Part shown: piece after piece, positions 27,831-32,000 of the stretch
Layout of the letters: every line of letters begins with the position of its first letter
How positions within the stretch are numbered: the first letter of the stretch is position 1
Assembly: GCF_049243625.1 (NCBI RefSeq)
Contig: NZ_CP046975.1
DNA: 32,000 nt
From: Corynebacterium amycolatum
GTDB lineage: Bacteria; Actinomycetota; Actinomycetes; Mycobacteriales; Mycobacteriaceae
Reading direction: 5' to 3' (one strand)
Translations under genes and position numbers: made by a program
The notes under the pieces: model-generated
What the model was told of the DNA's origin: nothing
Database searches by the model: none
What the model saw: only the letters and a program-made list of their open reading frames with translations

Positions 27831-28272
27831 GGCTTTTACTCTACAATCTTTCGCACCCCTTAGCGGGGCAATATGCACTGGTATCTGAGACTCGCGGATA
27901 AATGTCGTTACAGGCTCATATTCATGTGTAAATCCGAGCGCAGCTCCAGTCATCGCCCCTCAAATACGCCACACGCCCGCCGTGCACCCATTGCCCACCC
28001 ATCAGCCCTCTTTGGCGCCCCCATTATGGGGGATTCTATTGCCAACTGACTTTCAGTCTAAAAGTAGTAAATCTCTATTAACATAGCCATCTACCTGCGG
28101 AAAATCGAACAACATTACTGGCGCGATTTTCGTGACTTTTTGCCCCATTATTTATATCTACGTAACCGTAGGTTGGCGCTTACAAGTAAGCCGAGTTTTG
28201 GTAACCTGAGCCGTGAGCCGAGAAATTCTCTTCGACGAAAAATCAACGCCCCCCACCGGGAAGGATTGGAAA

Positions 28273-30009
28273 ATGTCGTCCTCTTCATCTCTCGCCCCAT
28301 CTGCAGTTCTGAACAAGGAACAGCATGAAAAGACTTGGGAGAAATTCGGTACCGAGCAATACGACGTCGTCATTATCGGCGGCGGTTCTGTAGGCGCTGG
28401 CGCTGCGCTCGATGCCGCAACCCGTGGTTTGAAGACTGCGGTCATTGAAACTCGTGACTTCGCAGGCGGTACCTCTAGCCGCTCCTCAAAGATGTTCCAC
28501 GGCGGTCTGCGCTACCTGCAGATGTTGGACTTCCGCCTGGTAGCTGAATCCCTGCGCGAGCGCGAACTGTCCATGTCGCATCTGGCACCGCACCTGGTTA
28601 AGCCACTGCGCTTCGTCTTCCCTCTGACTCACCGCGTATGGGAGCGTCCGTTCATGGCATCGGGCTTCTTCCTTTACGACGTCATGGGTGGTGCCAAGCA
28701 GGTTCCGATGCAGAAGCACTACTCCCGCAAGGGAACCTTGAAGCAGGCTCCGGGTCTGAAGGAAGATGCCGTGGTCGGCGGCGTTCGCTACTACGACACT
28801 CTGGTTGACGATGCCCGTCACACCATGACTGTCCTGCGCACCGCTGCTCACTTCGGCGCTGACGTCCGCACCTCCACCCAGGTTGTCGACTTCGTGAAGG
28901 AAGGCGAGCGCATCGTCGGCGCGAAGCTCCTTGACACCGACACTGGCGCGACCACCACTATCCGCGGCAGCGTTTTCGTCAACGCCACCGGCATTTGGTC
29001 CGATGAGATTGAGAAGCTGGCTGGCGTCACCGGCAAGTTCCGCGTCCACACCTCCAAGGGTGTCCACATTGTTATTCCGAAGTCCGCTCTTGAGGGCTCG
29101 GTGGCAATGACCTTCGTGACTGAGAAGTCCGTCCTGTTCGTGATTCCGTGGGGTGAGTACTGGATTATCGGTACCACCGACACCGACTGGACCATGAACC
29201 TGGCAAACCCGGCAGCTACCCGCGCTGACATCGACTACATCCTCGATCACGTCAACGCCAAGGTTCGCCGCCCGATTACTTACGACGACATCGTCGGTGT
29301 CTACTCGGGTCTGCGCCCACTGGTGGAAGGCGACTCTGACTCCACCACCAACCTCTCCCGCAACCACGCTGTTGCCCACGTTGCTCCGGGCATGGTCTCC
29401 GTCGCAGGCGGTAAGTACACCACCTACCGCGTCATCGGTGCCGATACCATTGACGCTGCAGTCCAGGATGTCCCACGTAAGGTACCGGAGTCCGTCACCG
29501 CTGATGTCCCGCTACTCGGTGCTGATGGTTACCACGCACTGAACAACCAGAAGGCAGAGCTGGCCAAGCAGTTCGGTATCACCGAAAAGCAGGTCGAGCA
29601 CCTGCTCAACCGCTACGGCTCCCTCATCTACGAGGTTCTGGCTCCGGCAGCCGAGGACAAGTCCCTGCTCGAGCCGCTGGAGGCCGCTGAGCAGTACATG
29701 CGCGCTGAGGTTCTCTATGCAGTGACCCACGAAGGCGCAAAGCACCTCGACGACATCCTGGAGCGCCGCCTGCGCGTCTCCATGGAGTACGCACACCGCG
29801 GTGTCGACAGCGCTCGGGCCACCGCTGAACTGGTTGCCCCAGCTCTGGGTTGGGACAAGGATACGATGGAGAAGGAGATCAAGGTCTTCATCGAGCGTGT
29901 CGAAGCAACCCTGGCAGCTGAACGTGAGCTGACTGACAAGGCCGCTAACGAGATTGCTGCTCATGCAGTGGAAACTCGCGCGGACGTCGACGTCAGCCTC
30001 GACCGCTAG
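28273..30009 (+). CDS. glpD: FAD-dependent glycerol-3-phosphate dehydrogenase
   Basis: YDVVIIGGGSVGAGAALDAATRGLKTAVIE..DFAGGTSSRSSKMFHGGLRYL is canonical GlpD. ATG 28273 has an AAGGA RBS 7 nt upstream. The track start at 28213 is a GTG extension. Confidence 0.9.
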   Translation: MSSSSSLAPSAVLNKEQHEKTWEKFGTEQYDVVIIGGGSVGAGAALDAATRGLKTAVIETRDFAGGTSSRSSKMFHGGLRYLQMLDFRLVAESLRERELSMSHLAPHLVKPLRFVFPLTHRVWERPFMASGFFLYDVMGGAKQVPMQKHYSRKGTLKQAPGLKEDAVVGGVRYYDTLVDDARHTMTVLRTAAHFGADVRTSTQVVDFVKEGERIVGAKLLDTDTGATTTIRGSVFVNATGIWSDEIEKLAGVTGKFRVHTSKGVHIVIPKSALEGSVAMTFVTEKSVLFVIPWGEYWIIGTTDTDWTMNLANPAATRADIDYILDHVNAKVRRPITYDDIVGVYSGLRPLVEGDSDSTTNLSRNHAVAHVAPGMVSVAGGKYTTYRVIGADTIDAAVQDVPRKVPESVTADVPLLGADGYHALNNQKAELAKQFGITEKQVEHLLNRYGSLIYEVLAPAAEDKSLLEPLEAAEQYMRAEVLYAVTHEGAKHLDDILERRLRVSMEYAHRGVDSARATAELVAPALGWDKDTMEKEIKVFIERVEATLAAERELTDKAANEIAAHAVETRADVDVSLDR

Positions 30010-30146
30010 TTCATTTCCCACCCTCCCCTAGGTAGCCATACGAGTTAGCTCTTGAATGGCCACCAGCGCTGTAGCCACAACGAAATAGCTTCCTTCTCGG
30101 GAAAACGGCTTCGCACTTCAAAGGGCTGATGGGGTCGAAATAAAAG

Positions 30147-30182
30147 TGCCGGCGAAAAATAGTTTCTCGCCGGCATTTCTTA
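30147..30182 (+). terminator. rho-independent terminator after glpD
   Basis: TGCCGGCGA (30147-30155) pairs perfectly with TCGCCGGCA (30167-30175), followed by TTTCTTAT. Confidence 0.75.
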
Positions 30183-30213
30183 TACCTAAAGAATTCTACG
30201 TTGCAAGATTCAT

Positions 30214-30233
30214 CGTGACCTTGCCCGGTCACG
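30214..30233. promoter_or_regulatory. inverted repeat CGTGACC-N6-GGTCACG upstream of glpF (candidate operator or 5'-UTR hairpin)
   Basis: 7-bp perfect arms with a 6-nt spacer. It sits 25 nt upstream of the glpF ATG and downstream of the glpD terminator. Confidence 0.35.
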
Positions 30234-30257
30234 ACTCACAGAGAGTTTCTACATCTC

Positions 30258-31007
30258 ATGGAGACAATCACAGGATCCCAGGCATTCCTCTGGGAGTTTT
30301 TCGGAACCGCCATTCTGATTCTGCTCGGTAACGGAGTCTGCGCCTCTATCAACCTCCGGACTACCCGCGCAGCAAATGCTGGTTGGATGGGCATTGCCTT
30401 CGGTTGGGGTATGGCCGTTTTCGCTGGCGCATCTATTGCCGACGTATCCGGCGGGCACTTGAACCCAGCGGTAACCGTTGCCCTGGCAGTCAAAGGCAGC
30501 CTGGCTTGGAGCCTTGTCCCCTACTATGCCGCAGGTCAGCTGTTGGGCGCATTCGTAGGTGCAATCCTGGCATGGGCCGCGTTTAAGCAGCTGTTCGATG
30601 CCAATGGCGTTGACGACAACGGCAATCCGACCAATGCAAATGCCGAGACCGGCGGCAACTTCTTCACCGTACCGATTCATCCAAATAACTTCTGGAATGC
30701 CGTCACCGAGTTCATTGCGACCTTCGTTCTGCTCGCATTCATCCTGTTCGGCCCAGCCGGCGGCGAGCTTGGCCCGCTGACCTACTTCGGTGTCTCGTTC
30801 ATCATTGTGTCGATTGGTCTTTCCCTTGGTTCCCCGACTGGATACGCTATCAACCCTGTTCGTGACCTCGGCCCCCGTTTGGCCTACGCTTTCGTGCTCC
30901 CGATTAAGGGCAAGGGCGATGCGAACTGGGCATATGCATGGGTCCCGATTGTCGCACCGATGCTGGCAGCTGTGGCTGCAGGCGCTCTTGCCTTTGCCAT
31001 CGGATAA
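30258..31007 (+). CDS. glpF: MIP-family aquaglyceroporin (glycerol uptake facilitator)
   Basis: 249 aa, six TM segments, with NPA boxes GGHLNPAVT and [11 protein letters not shown]. Located directly upstream of glpK. Confidence 0.9.
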   Translation: METITGSQAFLWEFFGTAILILLGNGVCASINLRTTRAANAGWMGIAFGWGMAVFAGASIADVSGGHLNPAVTVALAVKGSLAWSLVPYYAAGQLLGAFVGAILAWAAFKQLFDANGVDDNGNPTNANAETGGNFFTVPIHPNNFWNAVTEFIATFVLLAFILFGPAGGELGPLTYFGVSFIIVSIGLSLGSPTGYAINPVRDLGPRLAYAFVLPIKGKGDANWAYAWVPIVAPMLAAVAAGALAFAIG

Positions 31008-31091
31008 CGGGAATATGAGAGTGAACGCACAATAAAATAGCGCAAGTCCGAAAACTCACATTTACACACAATTTCGCTAGGAGTATCCCCC

Positions 31092-32000
31092 ATGATGCAC
31101 AGCAAATATGTCCTCGCCATTGACCAGGGAACTACTTCCACCCGCTGCATCATCTTCAACCATGACGCAGAGATCGTCACTGTCGCCCAGATGGAGCACA
31201 AGCAGATCTTCCCGGAAGAGGGCTGGGTCGAGCACGATGCCCAGGAGATTTGGACCAACACTCGTCGCGTAGTCAGTGAAGCTCTCGCTGATGGCGACAT
31301 CTCCTCCCAGGACATTGAGGCAATCGGTATCACCAACCAGCGCGAAACCACTGTCGTCTGGGACAAGAACACTGGTGAACCGGTCTACAACGCCATCGTC
31401 TGGCAGGACACCCGCACGAACACCATCTGTAAGGAGCTCATGGGGGATGAAGGCGCGGACCGTTGGCGTGAGACCACGGGCCTGCGTATCAACTCCTACC
31501 CGGCAGGCCCGAAGGTGCGCTGGATCCTCGACAACGTCGAGGGCGCTCGCGAAAAGGCCGAGGCTGGCGACCTGCTCTTCGGCACCATCGACACCTGGCT
31601 GCTGTGGAACCTCACCGGCGGCGCAGAGGGTGACAACGGCGAATCTGCAGTCCACGCAACGGACGTCACCAACGCATCCCGTACTCTCCTGATGGACCTC
31701 AAGACCCTCGAGTGGGACGAGGACATTTGCCGTGAAATTGGCATTCCAATGTCGATGCTGCCGGACATCCGCCCGTCAGTAGGCAACTTCGGTCGCGTTC
31801 GCGCCCGCGATGCTCTGTCCGGCCTTCCCATTACAGGTATTCTCGGCGACCAGCAGGCCGCCATGTTCGGCCAGGGTTGCTTCGGCGAGGGCGACACCAA
31901 GAACACCTACGGCACTGGCCTGTTCATGCTGATGAATACCGGCGAGAACCCGAAGTGGTCCGAGCACGGCCTCATCTCCACCGTCTGCTACCAGGTCGAG
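31092..32000 (+). CDS. glpK: glycerol kinase, 3'-truncated by the window edge
   Basis: Absent from the ORF track because there is no stop in the window. My manual translation from ATG 31092 (AGGAG 9 nt upstream) gives [23 protein letters not shown]...[14 protein letters not shown]...[12 protein letters not shown]...KNTYGTG, a canonical FGGY glycerol kinase. Confidence 0.9.
   Translation, partial: MMHSKYVLAIDQGTTSTRCIIFNHDAEIVTVAQMEHKQIFPEEGWVEHDAQEIWTNTRRVVSEALADGDISSQDIEAIGITNQRETTVVWDKNTGEPVYNAIVWQDTRTNTICKELMGDEGADRWRETTGLRINSYPAGPKVRWILDNVEGAREKAEAGDLLFGTIDTWLLWNLTGGAEGDNGESAVHATDVTNASRTLLMDLKTLEWDEDICREIGIPMSMLPDIRPSVGNFGRVRARDALSGLPITGILGDQQAAMFGQGCFGEGDTKNTYGTGLFMLMNTGENPKWSEHGLISTVCYQVE

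Noticed and set aside
27831-27953. 41-codon N-terminal extension of the acyltransferase fusion.
   Set aside because: PlsC-family proteins normally start just before the first hydrophobic helix (MFKDPVYLTIIGLART…). The upstream ATG has only a 2-nt spacer after its GAGGGG. Neither start has a strong RBS, so this remains somewhat uncertain.

Overview
This looks like a high-GC actinobacterial chromosome, of Corynebacterium / Mycobacteriales type. Most of the window is the conserved cell-envelope supercluster, all on the minus strand: glf, an EamA transporter, a mycolyltransferase, glfT, a PAP2 phosphatase, ubiA (DPPR synthase), a second mycolyltransferase, a PS1-like mycolyltransferase with LGFP repeats, a DUF732 lipoprotein and a cutinase. 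To the left are trmB, an NYN-domain gene, two membrane proteins, a POT peptide transporter, an ACT/UPF0210 pair and a TM2 protein. To the right are two tandem PGRP-type peptidoglycan amidases, a PlsC-family acyltransferase fusion followed by a Cof-type HAD phosphatase, and glpD, glpF and a 3'-truncated glpK. I found no rRNA, tRNA, CRISPR array, transposase, integrase, phage gene or recognisable defence system, so I cannot honestly point to a clear new system. The points worth follow-up are these. (1) Two blocks expected from conserved synteny are missing: fadD32-pks13-accD4 beyond the cutinase, and aftB between the mycolyltransferase and ubiA. Three mycolyltransferase-fold genes nevertheless keep their catalytic motifs. 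(2) The acyltransferase carries a helical linker and a C-terminal HAD-like domain in which every catalytic motif is degenerate, and it sits directly upstream of an intact HAD paralog and divergent from the glycerol genes. (3) A strongly structured intergenic element with a 14-bp perfect inverted repeat lies upstream of the ACT/UPF0210 pair. (4) The duplicated amidases have diverged in architecture. (5) Several small repeats and palindromes occur in the low-GC intergenic gaps. All family calls come from reading the translations by eye; no searches were run.
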